Numbered from the stretch's first letter, positions 1 to 9,374 are shown. The stretch: 17,058 nt of DNA from an uncultured Pseudomonadota bacterium (GCA_913020725.1 CAJWCD010000082.1:1-17058); one strand, 5' to 3'. Made by a program: numbers and translations. Notes: generated by a model from the letters alone, not told the origin.

Positions 1-96
1 GACACGCAGCTCACCCAGGAAGAACGCTACCAGATCGAGTCGCTTTTGAAAATGGAGCACTGGCGAAGCAAGCCGACCGCAGAGAAAATGCGTTGA
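1..96 (+). pseudogene. Possible IS30-family transposase N-terminal HTH fragment, truncated
   Basis: Frame 1 reads DTQLTQEERYQIESLLKMEHWRSKPTAEKMR* (TGA 94-96). TQLTQEERYQI..LLK resembles the start of IS30 transposases (YxQLTxEERYQI..L), but the similarity is lost after about 20 codons. Frame 3 is also open (3-185), so this could instead be the 3' end of another gene. Cut by the window edge. Confidence 0.4.
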
Positions 97-267
97 TGGA
101 GCGAGTGGTTGCCGAAGTCCTCCGCCGTTTGGAACCCCGCAAAGACACACCACCGCAATCGGCACCACTGCCGACGACGAGCTAATGGGGAGCAGCGACT
201 GGTTGCGCCGCTCCGCCTAGAAGCCAGCCACCGCTTGGCCTGCGGCCTGATCAGGGGTTCAAGGCGG

Positions 268-1032
268 TTATTGGCCCCGCTCCCAGAGTTTGCAGTAGCG
301 GACAATGACGTTGAGGGCATCGAAGAGAGCGCAGAACAGCCCTGGAATCCCGTCTCGAAACCCACCCTTGAGCAAGTAGCGGCGCCAAAAACGCGTCCAA
401 GGTCGTAACACCAGAAACCGCAGATGGTTGCCCCATTCCGGACGAACCCCCGCCTCCAGCAGATAATCCGCCTCCACACCCGTGTAGAAATCGAACTTGC
501 GCAGAAACTGGCTGATCGTCAAGTAGGGGTGGTGCAGCATGTCATTGTGCAGCTTGCCGATGGAGCCGTTGATTTCCAGCTTTTCGTGGACATGTCGGTT
601 CGGGAACTGGGCCTTGCCCTTTCGGAAAAAGCGTAACTGCGAGTCCGGATACTGGCTTCCGTAGCGGAGCCAGTGCCCAAAGTAGTGGTTGCGGCGATTG
701 AGTCGGAAGGCGACGTGAGGCGTGTTGGAGCCCTTGATTTCGCAGATTTCCTGCACCAACTCCTCTGGAAGTCGCTCGTCTGGATCGAGGTAGAACACCC
801 AGTCGCTGCTCGTTTGCTCAATCCCGAAGGATTTGTTAACGTTGAGGTTGCGGTTGTTCGGACGCGAGAAGCTGCGGCAGCCGTGGTTTTTCGCGACGGC
901 AAGGGAGTCATCCTCGCTGTCGCAGTCCACATACACCACTTCATCTGCCCACGAAAGCTGGGGCAGGAGTTCTTGGAGGTGATCGGCCTCATTGTGGCCG
1001 ATGATGGTGATGCTGAGGGTTGCCATGCGCAT
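268..1032 (-). CDS. Glycosyltransferase family 2, beta-1,4-glucosyltransferase-like (LPS core WaaE/LgtF type)
   Basis: Motifs LSITIIGHNEA, WADEVVYVDCDSEDDS, DWVFYLDPDE (DxD), RLFRKG-like RFFRKGK, VHE, and C-terminal YLLKGGFRDGIPG. Start taken as ATG 1032 (or 1026) rather than the ORF-track 1101, because the GT2 fold starts at LSITII. Confidence 0.88.
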   Translation of the reverse strand: MRMATLSITIIGHNEADHLQELLPQLSWADEVVYVDCDSEDDSLAVAKNHGCRSFSRPNNRNLNVNKSFGIEQTSSDWVFYLDPDERLPEELVQEICEIKGSNTPHVAFRLNRRNHYFGHWLRYGSQYPDSQLRFFRKGKAQFPNRHVHEKLEINGSIGKLHNDMLHHPYLTISQFLRKFDFYTGVEADYLLEAGVRPEWGNHLRFLVLRPWTRFWRRYLLKGGFRDGIPGLFCALFDALNVIVRYCKLWERGQ

Positions 1033-1092
1033 TGTGTTGGTGCCAAAATTATTGCTGGATGACGCTTGAGTTACAAGCCGAGGGCCGCCTTG

Positions 1093-1110
1093 TCGTGACA
1101 TCCGTCACGA
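1093..1110. promoter_or_regulatory. CRP/FNR-family-like palindromic operator
   Basis: Perfect inverted repeat TCGTGAC-ATCC-GTCACGA, equal to CGTGA-N6-TCACG. It has the core and spacing of the CRP box TGTGA-N6-TCACA and lies in the divergent GT2/gdh intergenic region. Confidence 0.4.
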
Positions 1111-1202
1111 ACACCGAGATTTGCGTCTTCGTGAACCTCACCAAATTCCCCGACAACCCAAGCTTTTCAGGGGCTTCACCCTCTGTATCGATGGGGGGAT
1201 TG

Positions 1203-1230
1203 TTGCATTTCCAAGGAATCAGGGCATAAT
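1203..1230 (+). promoter_or_regulatory. Putative sigma70 promoter for gdh
   Basis: TTGCAT (1203-1208), 16-bp spacer, CATAAT (1225-1230), directly upstream of the GDH ORF. Confidence 0.4.
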
Positions 1231-1235
1231 GCCAA

Positions 1236-4200
1236 ATGTTTCTTCCAAAACTCAATGGAAACTCAGTGGCCAACACCACCTCACTGCTTGACGCGATTCT
1301 GAAGAAACTTCCGGGCGACCCACTATTGCGCGAGTTTGCCGAACAGTTCTTGCAAGGCGCCTCGGCCCGCATGTTGGAGGTGCTGGGGACTGCAGCCTTG
1401 CAGAGCTTGGTGCAAGGGCGGTTTGCATTTTTTCAGGAGGCGGTGGCGCAAGGAGGTGCCCTGCGTGTTCAACCTAAGGTGGACGATCCGGATGACCCGG
1501 ACAGCACGGGTAGCGGGCGGCTACTCATTGACGTGGTCAGTCGAGACACGCCTTTTCAGGTGGTCACGCTGGAGTGTCTGCTCCGCAAGTTGGACCTGCA
1601 TATTCTGCGTCGACTGCATCCGATGATGATGGTGGAGTGTGATGCAGAGGGCAAACCGACGAAGGTGTCCGCCCCACAGTTGGGATCAGGTTTGTACAGC
1701 GTCATCCACTTGGAGATTGAAGGATCTGAGAATCCGGAGTTTTTGAGCATGTTGGAGGCCCAACTCGCCCAGCACCTGCGGGCCGTGCAGCAGTCCGCCG
1801 AGGACCAACCAGAAATCCGCAAGCGACTGCAAACGTTGGCCGAGACGATTTCGCAGGTGGAGTTGGTCTCCAAAGAGGAACGGCAGGAGTGGGCAGAGTT
1901 GATTCCGTGGCTGTTGGGGAACTTTGCCTGCTTCGGGGCAGGACTCCTGATTCCAAATCCGGAAGGAGGAGCGGGTTTGCAGTTGGAGGACGAATCCGGT
2001 CTGGGAATTCTTCGGGCGAGTGACTTGGTTGATGAGTTCGGGCAGCGGCTGAAAGAAACCCTGCTAGCTCACAGTTGGCGTTTTCAAAACTTCCCGGAAC
2101 CCTTTCGGCTCGACCGCCTGCCCGCCATCAGTCCCGTCCTCCGCTTTGAACCCCTCATGCGGCTGAGCATCAAGTTGCCGCATCCAGAGCATGGTCAGGT
2201 CGAGCATGTCTTTCTGGCCCTCCTACGCCGCAGTTCGCTCAACGCACGCAACCTCGACACCCCGATTGTCCGCCGCAAGCTCCGCCGCCTTTTTGAGACC
2301 CTGAAATTGCTTCCGGACACCTACAGCTACAATGAGGCGGTGCGCATTTTTGCGGCTACTCCCAAGTTTGAGCTATTCCGCGCAAGTGAGTCGGAGTTGG
2401 GGCAGGTGGTGGAGAATCTCGTTTCGCTCAATAATCCTCGGCGCATTCACTGTTTCCAGATCCGTTCCGAGGGGCAGGAGCACCTGCGGTTGCTGGTGCT
2501 GACGCCCTCAGAATTGTTGGACGAACGTGCGTCCCAGAAGGTCGCGGAACACCTGCAAACTCTGGTGCCGCACCGGAGCAGCGAGTGGTTCTATGCCTCT
2601 GGAGAGGAAGTTTCACGGGTGCATGTGGATTTCGTGCTTTCCGACCCGAACTGGCAACCGCCCCTCCAGCAGTTGGAGACAGAGATTGGTCGCCGTCTGT
2701 TGCCGTGGGAGGAGCAGGTGCGCGGTCTGCTACGCCATCGGCATCCGGGAGCGGACGCGAAGGCGCTGTTTGAACGCTATGTTCCAATGATGCCCCCACA
2801 TTATCGGGTGCGCAACACGGTTGAAGCTGCCGTCCGGGACATGGAGAATCTGGAGCAGTTAGCACATGAAGGGGGCATCGCTTTTGATCTCGTGGTGTTT
2901 TCCGATCCCACAGCGAGTGTGGTGCAGGCGTCGCTGCTCTATGTTTACAGCCGTAGTAAGCTGGATCTCATCAAGGTCATGCCGGTGTTGCTCAATCTTG
3001 GCATCCACGTCATTGACCAACTGACGGCGCGGATTGGCAACGGCGAGACCACGCTGGGCTACATCCAGTCCTTCCGGATCACCCGGAAGAGCGGGGAAAC
3101 ACTCAATGAAGCGCAAACAAAACCACTGCTGGTGCCGCTCTTGCGGGCGATTTTTCAAGGACAGACTGAAAACGATCCACTCAACGCGCTTGCACTCAAG
3201 TCCGGGCTGGACTGGAAGGCGATCAATGTCCTCCAGCTTTACCGTAACCTCTACCTCCAGCTTGGCCCTTCCTTCAGTCGTGAAACCGTGAACTGCGTCC
3301 TCCTAGATCACGCCGACTGTGCCCGCTTGCTCTATGAGCAATTCGTCACCAGCTTCGATCCGGACGAGGCTTACGGGAGTGTTGAACATCGCCACACCGT
3401 GCTGCTACCGCGTTTAGAGCAAGGGTTTCACGAAGCCCTGCAAGAGGTGGATGGCATCACAGACGACTTGGTGCTGCGGCGGCTTCACAGCTTGGTTCAG
3501 CAGTCCTTGCGCACGAATTTCTACATTCCCCGCCCTGCGGACGAAACGGTGATCTCCGTCAAGCTCAACTCCCGCAAATCTGAGCAAATGCCCGTGCCGG
3601 CACCTTTCCGGGAGATTTACGTCCACGATGTCGGGATGGAGGGCACTCACTTGCGCTTCGGCCCCGTCGCACGCGGAGGCTTGCGCTGGTCGGATCGTCC
3701 GGATGATTTCCGTACCGAAGTGCTAGGACTTGTGAAAACGCAGCAGACCAAGAATGTGGTGATTGTGCCGGTGGGATCGAAGGGTGGTTTCTATGTCAAG
3801 AACCCTGGAAGCACTCGTGAGTCAGCAGCGACGGAGGCACAACGCCAGTACAAGAAATTCATCGGCGCCCTGCTTGATGTGACCGACACGCTGGATGAAC
3901 AAGGACAGGTGCGTTGCCCGAACAGGGTGCTGGCCTACGACGAAGCGGATCCCTACCTCGTGGTCGCTGCCGACAAGGGCACCGCGACCTTCTCGGACAC
4001 CGCGAACGAGATTTCAGAAAAGCGGGGTTATTGGCTGGGTGATGCGTTCGCGTCCGGAGGTTCCAACGGCTACGACCACAAGGTCGTAGGTATCACGGCA
4101 CGGGGAGCATGGGAGTGCGTCAAGCTCCACTTCCGGGAGTTGGGCCGCGACATTCAGTCGGAGCCGTTCACGGTGGTGGGCATTGGTGACATGAGCGGTG

Positions 4201-6011
4201 ACGTCTTTGGCAACGGCATGTTGCTGAGTCGCATGATCCGGCTGCAAGCGGCGTTCAACCACCAGCACATCTTCCTCGATCCCAATCCTGAACCGGAATC
4301 AACTTGGCATGAGCGTGAGCGGATTTTCCGACTCCCGCGTTCGACATGGAAGGACTACACACCTGAGTTGATCAGTGCCGGAGGGGGCGTGTTTGACCGC
4401 AAGGCCAAGGCCATCCCGCTCAGTCCGCAAGCGCAGACGCTGCTTGGTGTGGATGCAGATTCCCTGACGGGTGACGAGATCATCCGGGCGATTTTGCGGA
4501 TGGAGGTGGATCTGCTCTGGTTTGGAGGAATCGGCACCTACGTCAAATCTCCCCTGCAAAGCAGTCTGCACGTTGGAGATCAGGCCAATGACAACGTGCG
4601 CATTGACTCCACCGAGTTGCAGGCAAAGGTGATCGGCGAGGGCGCGAACCTCGGATTCACGCAGTTGGGCCGCATTGATTACAGCAATCGGGGGGGACTC
4701 CTCAACACGGACGCGATTGACAACTCCGCAGGCGTGAACATGTCGGATTACGAGGTCAATCTCAAAATCCTGCTCCAGAAACTGCGGCGTTCCGGAAAGC
4801 TCGACTCGGATGAGGAGCGCAACGCTCTGCTGCACGAAGCCACAGAAGAGGTCGCGGAACTGGTGCTGGCGAACAACCGGGGGCAGCATTGGCTGCTCTC
4901 AATGGACCGGATTCGATCACGACGTCGCTTTCAACGTTTCCGGGCTTTCATCTCATGGTTGGAGGAACGCGGCATGAACTCTCGCAGCGAGTACATTCCC
5001 ACGCCAAAGGATCTCGATCAGCTTGAGCAGGCCGGGTTGCCGATGCCGCGTCCCGTGCTGGCGGTCATGCAATCGTATGTGAAAATGACTGTCTTCGACG
5101 CGCTTTCCAATCCGGAACTTCCGTTCGATCCCGCGCTTGATCCGATTTACTTGGGCTATGTTCCTCCCCGGATTCGGGAACGCTTTGGCAACGCGGTTCT
5201 TAACCATCCCCTCAAACGCGAGATCATCGCGATGATCGTCACCAACTCGATCATCAACTATGCTGGATGCGGCTTTTTTCCGCGTTTGGCCGCCTCAACG
5301 GGTCGTGCGCTTCCAGACCTTGCGCAAGCGTACCTGATCCTTGACCAAAGCCTGCGGGGGCCAAGCTTGCGCCGACGCTTGCTGATGATGCCGAGTGTGA
5401 CCGAACAGGAGAAGTACGAGGTGCTGATCGAGATGGAGGAAAGTTTGCTGCGGGCGGTGCAAGGGCTATTGCAGTCTGGAGCCAAGCTGAAGTTCAAGCT
5501 CGTGGAGGTGTTCCAACCCTTGTTCACGGAAATGCTGGACATCGGCACTCCTGTCGAGCAAATGGACCTCAACGCCTTCGCCAGTCTCATTCTACGACTG
5601 CGGAGCGCAAACGATGTGCTGCACCTCCAGCAGCGGCACGGGCTGGACGTGGCGATGGCCTGCACGGCAGCAGGAATTCTGGAGGCAGAGTTTGGACTGG
5701 AACAACTGCGGGAGCAACTGGACGGTCTCAGTGCTGCGAACGAGTGGGAACTCCGGCATCAGGAATTGTTGCTGCAATCGCTCGACTTGCGCAAGCGCCA
5801 ACTGCTCGACCGCATGGTGGCAGGCCGCACACCTGAAAGCTTGCGTGACCTCGCCCCAGAAGCGTGGGTTGAACCGCTACGGACTGCGCACCCCACAGCC
5901 TTGCAAGCTTACCAGCAGACGCAGGAACAAATCCGCACTTCCGGGCTGGTCAATCTCACGGTGGTTTCGGTCGCCCTCAGCCATCTTGAACTGGGAGACC
6001 CCACTCTCTAA
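1236..6011 (+). CDS. gdhB: Large NAD-specific glutamate dehydrogenase (GDH2-type, about 1590 aa)
   Basis: Motifs HLRFGPVARGGLRWSDRPDDFRTEVLGLVKTQ, KNVVIVPVGSKGG, DPYLVVAADKGTATFSD, GYDHK, GIGDMSGDVFGNG, EGANLG and NTDAIDNSAGV. The true start may be GTG 1266. Confidence 0.95.
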   Translation: MFLPKLNGNSVANTTSLLDAILKKLPGDPLLREFAEQFLQGASARMLEVLGTAALQSLVQGRFAFFQEAVAQGGALRVQPKVDDPDDPDSTGSGRLLIDVVSRDTPFQVVTLECLLRKLDLHILRRLHPMMMVECDAEGKPTKVSAPQLGSGLYSVIHLEIEGSENPEFLSMLEAQLAQHLRAVQQSAEDQPEIRKRLQTLAETISQVELVSKEERQEWAELIPWLLGNFACFGAGLLIPNPEGGAGLQLEDESGLGILRASDLVDEFGQRLKETLLAHSWRFQNFPEPFRLDRLPAISPVLRFEPLMRLSIKLPHPEHGQVEHVFLALLRRSSLNARNLDTPIVRRKLRRLFETLKLLPDTYSYNEAVRIFAATPKFELFRASESELGQVVENLVSLNNPRRIHCFQIRSEGQEHLRLLVLTPSELLDERASQKVAEHLQTLVPHRSSEWFYASGEEVSRVHVDFVLSDPNWQPPLQQLETEIGRRLLPWEEQVRGLLRHRHPGADAKALFERYVPMMPPHYRVRNTVEAAVRDMENLEQLAHEGGIAFDLVVFSDPTASVVQASLLYVYSRSKLDLIKVMPVLLNLGIHVIDQLTARIGNGETTLGYIQSFRITRKSGETLNEAQTKPLLVPLLRAIFQGQTENDPLNALALKSGLDWKAINVLQLYRNLYLQLGPSFSRETVNCVLLDHADCARLLYEQFVTSFDPDEAYGSVEHRHTVLLPRLEQGFHEALQEVDGITDDLVLRRLHSLVQQSLRTNFYIPRPADETVISVKLNSRKSEQMPVPAPFREIYVHDVGMEGTHLRFGPVARGGLRWSDRPDDFRTEVLGLVKTQQTKNVVIVPVGSKGGFYVKNPGSTRESAATEAQRQYKKFIGALLDVTDTLDEQGQVRCPNRVLAYDEADPYLVVAADKGTATFSDTANEISEKRGYWLGDAFASGGSNGYDHKVVGITARGAWECVKLHFRELGRDIQSEPFTVVGIGDMSGDVFGNGMLLSRMIRLQAAFNHQHIFLDPNPEPESTWHERERIFRLPRSTWKDYTPELISAGGGVFDRKAKAIPLSPQAQTLLGVDADSLTGDEIIRAILRMEVDLLWFGGIGTYVKSPLQSSLHVGDQANDNVRIDSTELQAKVIGEGANLGFTQLGRIDYSNRGGLLNTDAIDNSAGVNMSDYEVNLKILLQKLRRSGKLDSDEERNALLHEATEEVAELVLANNRGQHWLLSMDRIRSRRRFQRFRAFISWLEERGMNSRSEYIPTPKDLDQLEQAGLPMPRPVLAVMQSYVKMTVFDALSNPELPFDPALDPIYLGYVPPRIRERFGNAVLNHPLKREIIAMIVTNSIINYAGCGFFPRLAASTGRALPDLAQAYLILDQSLRGPSLRRRLLMMPSVTEQEKYEVLIEMEESLLRAVQGLLQSGAKLKFKLVEVFQPLFTEMLDIGTPVEQMDLNAFASLILRLRSANDVLHLQQRHGLDVAMACTAAGILEAEFGLEQLREQLDGLSAANEWELRHQELLLQSLDLRKRQLLDRMVAGRTPESLRDLAPEAWVEPLRTAHPTALQAYQQTQEQIRTSGLVNLTVVSVALSHLELGDPTL

Positions 6012-6067
6012 TCCTCACTCGTATCCTCTGTGAATCCGGGACATATGGGCCATGCCCGAAAATGGTT

Positions 6068-6194
6068 GTCAGGAGTCAGGAGTCATGAAATGGAACACCA
6101 AACACCAAACACCACCATGGATTGCGTGGATCAAGAAAAACATCCGTGTCCCTCCGCGACAATCCGCAGCGGCAACCGAAAACCGAAAACTAAA
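6068..6194. repeat. Cluster of three different 7-bp tandem repeats plus an imperfect hairpin
   Basis: GTCAGGA x2 + GTCATGA (6068-6088), AACACCA x3 (6094-6114), AACCGAA x2 + AACTAAA (6174-6194). Stem GGATTGCGTGGA (6119-6130) pairs with TCCGCGACAATCC (6153-6165). Confidence 0.7.
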
Positions 6195-6235
6195 ATGAAG
6201 CTCACCCTGTTGCGATGCTTGCCCCAACACGGCTA

Positions 6236-8563
6236 ATGAACGAGATCGAAGCGCCAGTACCGCCCAAGCCAAAATCACAGGTCAAGCCCAAGGCTTCCCG
6301 CAAGGCGAAGCCCGTTCGTGTAGTTGAACGAACAGAGGATTTTTCTAACCTGCCCGTCTCCGACCCGGAAGATCAGCAGCAGTTGATTGCGGTTCTCCAA
6401 CAGCAAATCCGCAGCTATGTAGCGATTCAGGGCGACGAGGCGGAGCAGCCTCTGCTGGAGCAGGCATTGGCAGACATCGAGCGTTTCCACGGGGGGCAAC
6501 TCCGACGTTCCGGACAGCCCGTGATCATCCACCCGCTGCGGGTGGCGCGTTACATCTGTCAGGCCGGACTTGATGCTCCGACCGTGATCGCCTCGCTCCT
6601 GCACGATACCATCGAGGACACGACGATGACGCGGGATTATGTGTCCGGGAACTACGGCGAGTGGTACGCTGAAATCGTGGACGGCCTCACCAAGATCAAA
6701 CCTCCAGAAACTGAAACCCGGCAGTCTGTTGTCGTGCTGGAGGCGACCTACCAGAAAATGCTCGGAGCAATGGCGCGGGATGTGCGGGCCTTGTTCATCA
6801 AGATGTTCGACCGCCTTGACAACATGCGGGACATGAAGTCAATGCCCCGCAAGAAACAGCGTCGCATCAGCTTAGAAACTATGGGGGTGTATGTGCCCAT
6901 GGCCGAGCGTTTGGGGTTGTGGGAGATCAGCCGCGAGCATACGGAGTTGTGCTTTCAGGTTCTCTACCCGATGCGCTACACCGCAACGGTTGACACGCTG
7001 GAACACCTCAAGCAAGAACGCGGCGGGGCCATTGAGACGATGCGGCAGCGTTTGGGGGTGATTATGGGGCCGCTCGAGGAAAAACTGCTGGCCGTCGAAC
7101 CGCTCTTTTCCCAGCCTGCGGATCACATTTTCCGCAACACTCCAGTGGATCATGTGCTGGAAGGATTCCAGATCACAGTAGCGCAACCCCTTGACTGCTA
7201 TCAGGCGTTGGGGCACCTGCACACGGCCTTGAGTGCGATTCCCCGGCAGGTGCGGGATTACGTCTCCAATCCACGCTGGAACGGCTATCAGGCTCTGCGG
7301 ACGGCACTCTTGCTTGAGGGAGAGCGAGTCACGGTGGAAATCGTCTCTCACCAGATGCACGAGCGCAACCGTCACGGCATCATGGCGCATTGGTCCGGAA
7401 CGCCCTCGGAATTGGCGGATTACTACAAGACCTATTTGGATCAGTTGAATCAGGTGGCGGGTGAGTCGGATTTGCGCATGAACGATGTACTGCGCTCGAT
7501 GCAGGACGAGCAGGTGCAGGTGTTCAGCCCGAAGGGAGAGATGTTTGCGCTGCCCAAGGGTTCGACCGTGCTCGATTTCGCCTACTGCATCCACACCGAC
7601 CTCGGCAACCATTGCATCGGGGCGCTGCTCAACCCCTCCCGTAGCGGCCCCCGCCAGTCCGGAACTCGTGTGCCGCGAGACCGTCAATTGGGCCACGGAG
7701 AGAGCCTGAGCATCCTCACCGATCCGAATGTACGCCCGGCACGAGAGTGGCTGCAACACGCGGTTGCGGCGAAGAGCCAGATTCAGATCAAGCACGCTAT
7801 CGCCCAGCAAAACGCCGCTCGTGCCCGCCGGGTGGGGCGCGAAGTGCTGTCGCAGGAACTCCGGCGGCTCCAAATTGATTCGGAAACGTGGCTGGATTCC
7901 CCAGCGGTGCAGGAGGCACTGACCTCGGAACACCTGACTCCGGAACGCTTTCTTCAGGAAATCGGACTGCAAAAGCGCGAGGTGGTTCCGTTTCTGAAAC
8001 ATCACAAGCTCGTCCCCGCCGGGCAAATGAACACCTTCCGGGAACTACTGCGTGCCCGCAACTGGGGGGCAGTGTTTCGTTCACAGGCGACAACAAACTT
8101 TTACATCGAGGATGTCGCAGACCTACTTCTTCACTTTGGGACGTGCTGCAACCCGGTTCCGGGAGACCGGATTGTGGGCTTCAGCACCGATGCGATGGAG
8201 GTGGAAATCCACCGGGCCAAGTGCCCCCGCATGGCAGAGTTCCAAAAGCACCGCCCGGTGTTGGTGCAGTGGCGCTTGCCCAAGGATGAGAAGCGGCGGC
8301 ACCTCTTTGAAATTGGGGTGGCCGACGGTTCTGGCATTCTTTTCCGGATCACCAAGATCATCAAGGATGCCGGCGTGGCGATCGAGGATTCGGTCAGTTC
8401 GGTGGCCGGAGCGGGGCAGGCGATCGTCCGCATTCGTGTGGAACCGGTGACGTGGTCACAGTACTCCCGCATCTGCCATGGGCTGCGCGGGTTGAAGTTT
8501 GTCAAGAGCCTCAAACAATCCCGACTCGATGGCACTGCCTCCGTGGCTGGAAAACGCTCTTGA
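6236..8563 (+). CDS. Long RelA/SpoT homolog (HD, degenerate SYNTH, TGS, ZFD, ACT), probably (p)ppGpp hydrolase-only
   Basis: HD motifs HGGQLRRSGQP..IHPLRVA, LLHDTIEDT and KMFDRLDNMR. TGS VFSPKGE...LPKGSTVLDFAYCIHTDLG. ZFD TCCNPVPGDRIVG...IHRAKCP. C-terminal ACT DGSGILFRITKII. SYNTH catalytic motifs are substituted. Start taken as ATG 6236. Confidence 0.92.
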   Translation: MNEIEAPVPPKPKSQVKPKASRKAKPVRVVERTEDFSNLPVSDPEDQQQLIAVLQQQIRSYVAIQGDEAEQPLLEQALADIERFHGGQLRRSGQPVIIHPLRVARYICQAGLDAPTVIASLLHDTIEDTTMTRDYVSGNYGEWYAEIVDGLTKIKPPETETRQSVVVLEATYQKMLGAMARDVRALFIKMFDRLDNMRDMKSMPRKKQRRISLETMGVYVPMAERLGLWEISREHTELCFQVLYPMRYTATVDTLEHLKQERGGAIETMRQRLGVIMGPLEEKLLAVEPLFSQPADHIFRNTPVDHVLEGFQITVAQPLDCYQALGHLHTALSAIPRQVRDYVSNPRWNGYQALRTALLLEGERVTVEIVSHQMHERNRHGIMAHWSGTPSELADYYKTYLDQLNQVAGESDLRMNDVLRSMQDEQVQVFSPKGEMFALPKGSTVLDFAYCIHTDLGNHCIGALLNPSRSGPRQSGTRVPRDRQLGHGESLSILTDPNVRPAREWLQHAVAAKSQIQIKHAIAQQNAARARRVGREVLSQELRRLQIDSETWLDSPAVQEALTSEHLTPERFLQEIGLQKREVVPFLKHHKLVPAGQMNTFRELLRARNWGAVFRSQATTNFYIEDVADLLLHFGTCCNPVPGDRIVGFSTDAMEVEIHRAKCPRMAEFQKHRPVLVQWRLPKDEKRRHLFEIGVADGSGILFRITKIIKDAGVAIEDSVSSVAGAGQAIVRIRVEPVTWSQYSRICHGLRGLKFVKSLKQSRLDGTASVAGKRS

Positions 8564-9347
8564 GCGGGGCTGCGACTTCTGTTTTCGTCACTGGCCCCAA
8601 CCGTTTCCGGACGCGCAATTGTTACGGGAGTGCCGGATCGTCGCCCATCGCGGCGCACCTGTGCCTCCCGCAATTCTCGAAAACACCCGCGCCGCTTTTG
8701 AACGCGCCCTCTCGCATCCGGGCGTCAACGGGCTGGAGTTCGACGTGCGCTGGACCCAAGACCTCCAGCCGGTGGTGTTCCACGATGCCGACTTGTTGCG
8801 GCTCTACGGCGATTCCCGGCGTATTGCGGAGTTCACGCTGAGCGGACTCCAGCAGGCGTTTCCGGACATTCCCACCCTCGCGTCGGTCCTCGAGCGCTAC
8901 GGTTCCCGCGCTCACCTGATGGTGGAGTTGAAGGACGAGCCGTACCCGGACGTGGAGCGGCAGAACCGCATTTTTGCGGAACACTTTGCGGGCCTCACCC
9001 CCAAGCAGGATTTTCACATCCTTGGGCTGTCCCCGGAATTTCTGCGGAAGACGGTCACGTTTGTGGAGCGGGACGCCTGTTTGCTGGTGGCGGTTTTCAA
9101 CGAGCCGGAACTGAGCGCGGCGGCGCTTTCCGGAGGGTTTGCCGGACTTGGGGGGCACTACCTGCTCGTCACCTCCAAGCTCGCCCGTGGGCATCTTGCA
9201 GCGGGACAGATGGTGGGCACGGGCTATCCGGATTCCCGCAACTGCTTGTTTCGGGAACTCAACCGGGGGGTGAAGTGGCTCTTCAGCAACGACCCTTTGG
9301 GACTTGCCGTAATCCGGGAGCAGGCGCTTCAGGAAATCGGTGGTTGA
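8529..9347 (+). CDS. Glycerophosphodiester phosphodiesterase (GDPD family)
   Basis: IVAHRGA, ENTRAAFERA, LEFDVRWTQDLQPVVFHD, IPTL and VELK motifs. ATG 8529 overlaps the RSH 3' end by 35 nt. Confidence 0.88.
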   Translation: MALPPWLENALERGCDFCFRHWPQPFPDAQLLRECRIVAHRGAPVPPAILENTRAAFERALSHPGVNGLEFDVRWTQDLQPVVFHDADLLRLYGDSRRIAEFTLSGLQQAFPDIPTLASVLERYGSRAHLMVELKDEPYPDVERQNRIFAEHFAGLTPKQDFHILGLSPEFLRKTVTFVERDACLLVAVFNEPELSAAALSGGFAGLGGHYLLVTSKLARGHLAAGQMVGTGYPDSRNCLFRELNRGVKWLFSNDPLGLAVIREQALQEIGG

Positions 9348-9374
9348 TACACACCTCAAACTTTTTGTAGAAAA

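Noticed and set aside
6068..6194. CRISPR-like array
   Set aside because: Units are 7 bp and contiguous, with no spacers and no cas genes.
6030..6278. Small ORFs 6030-6236 (+) and 6069-6278 (-)
   Set aside because: They translate the heptamer repeats and show no recognisable protein features.
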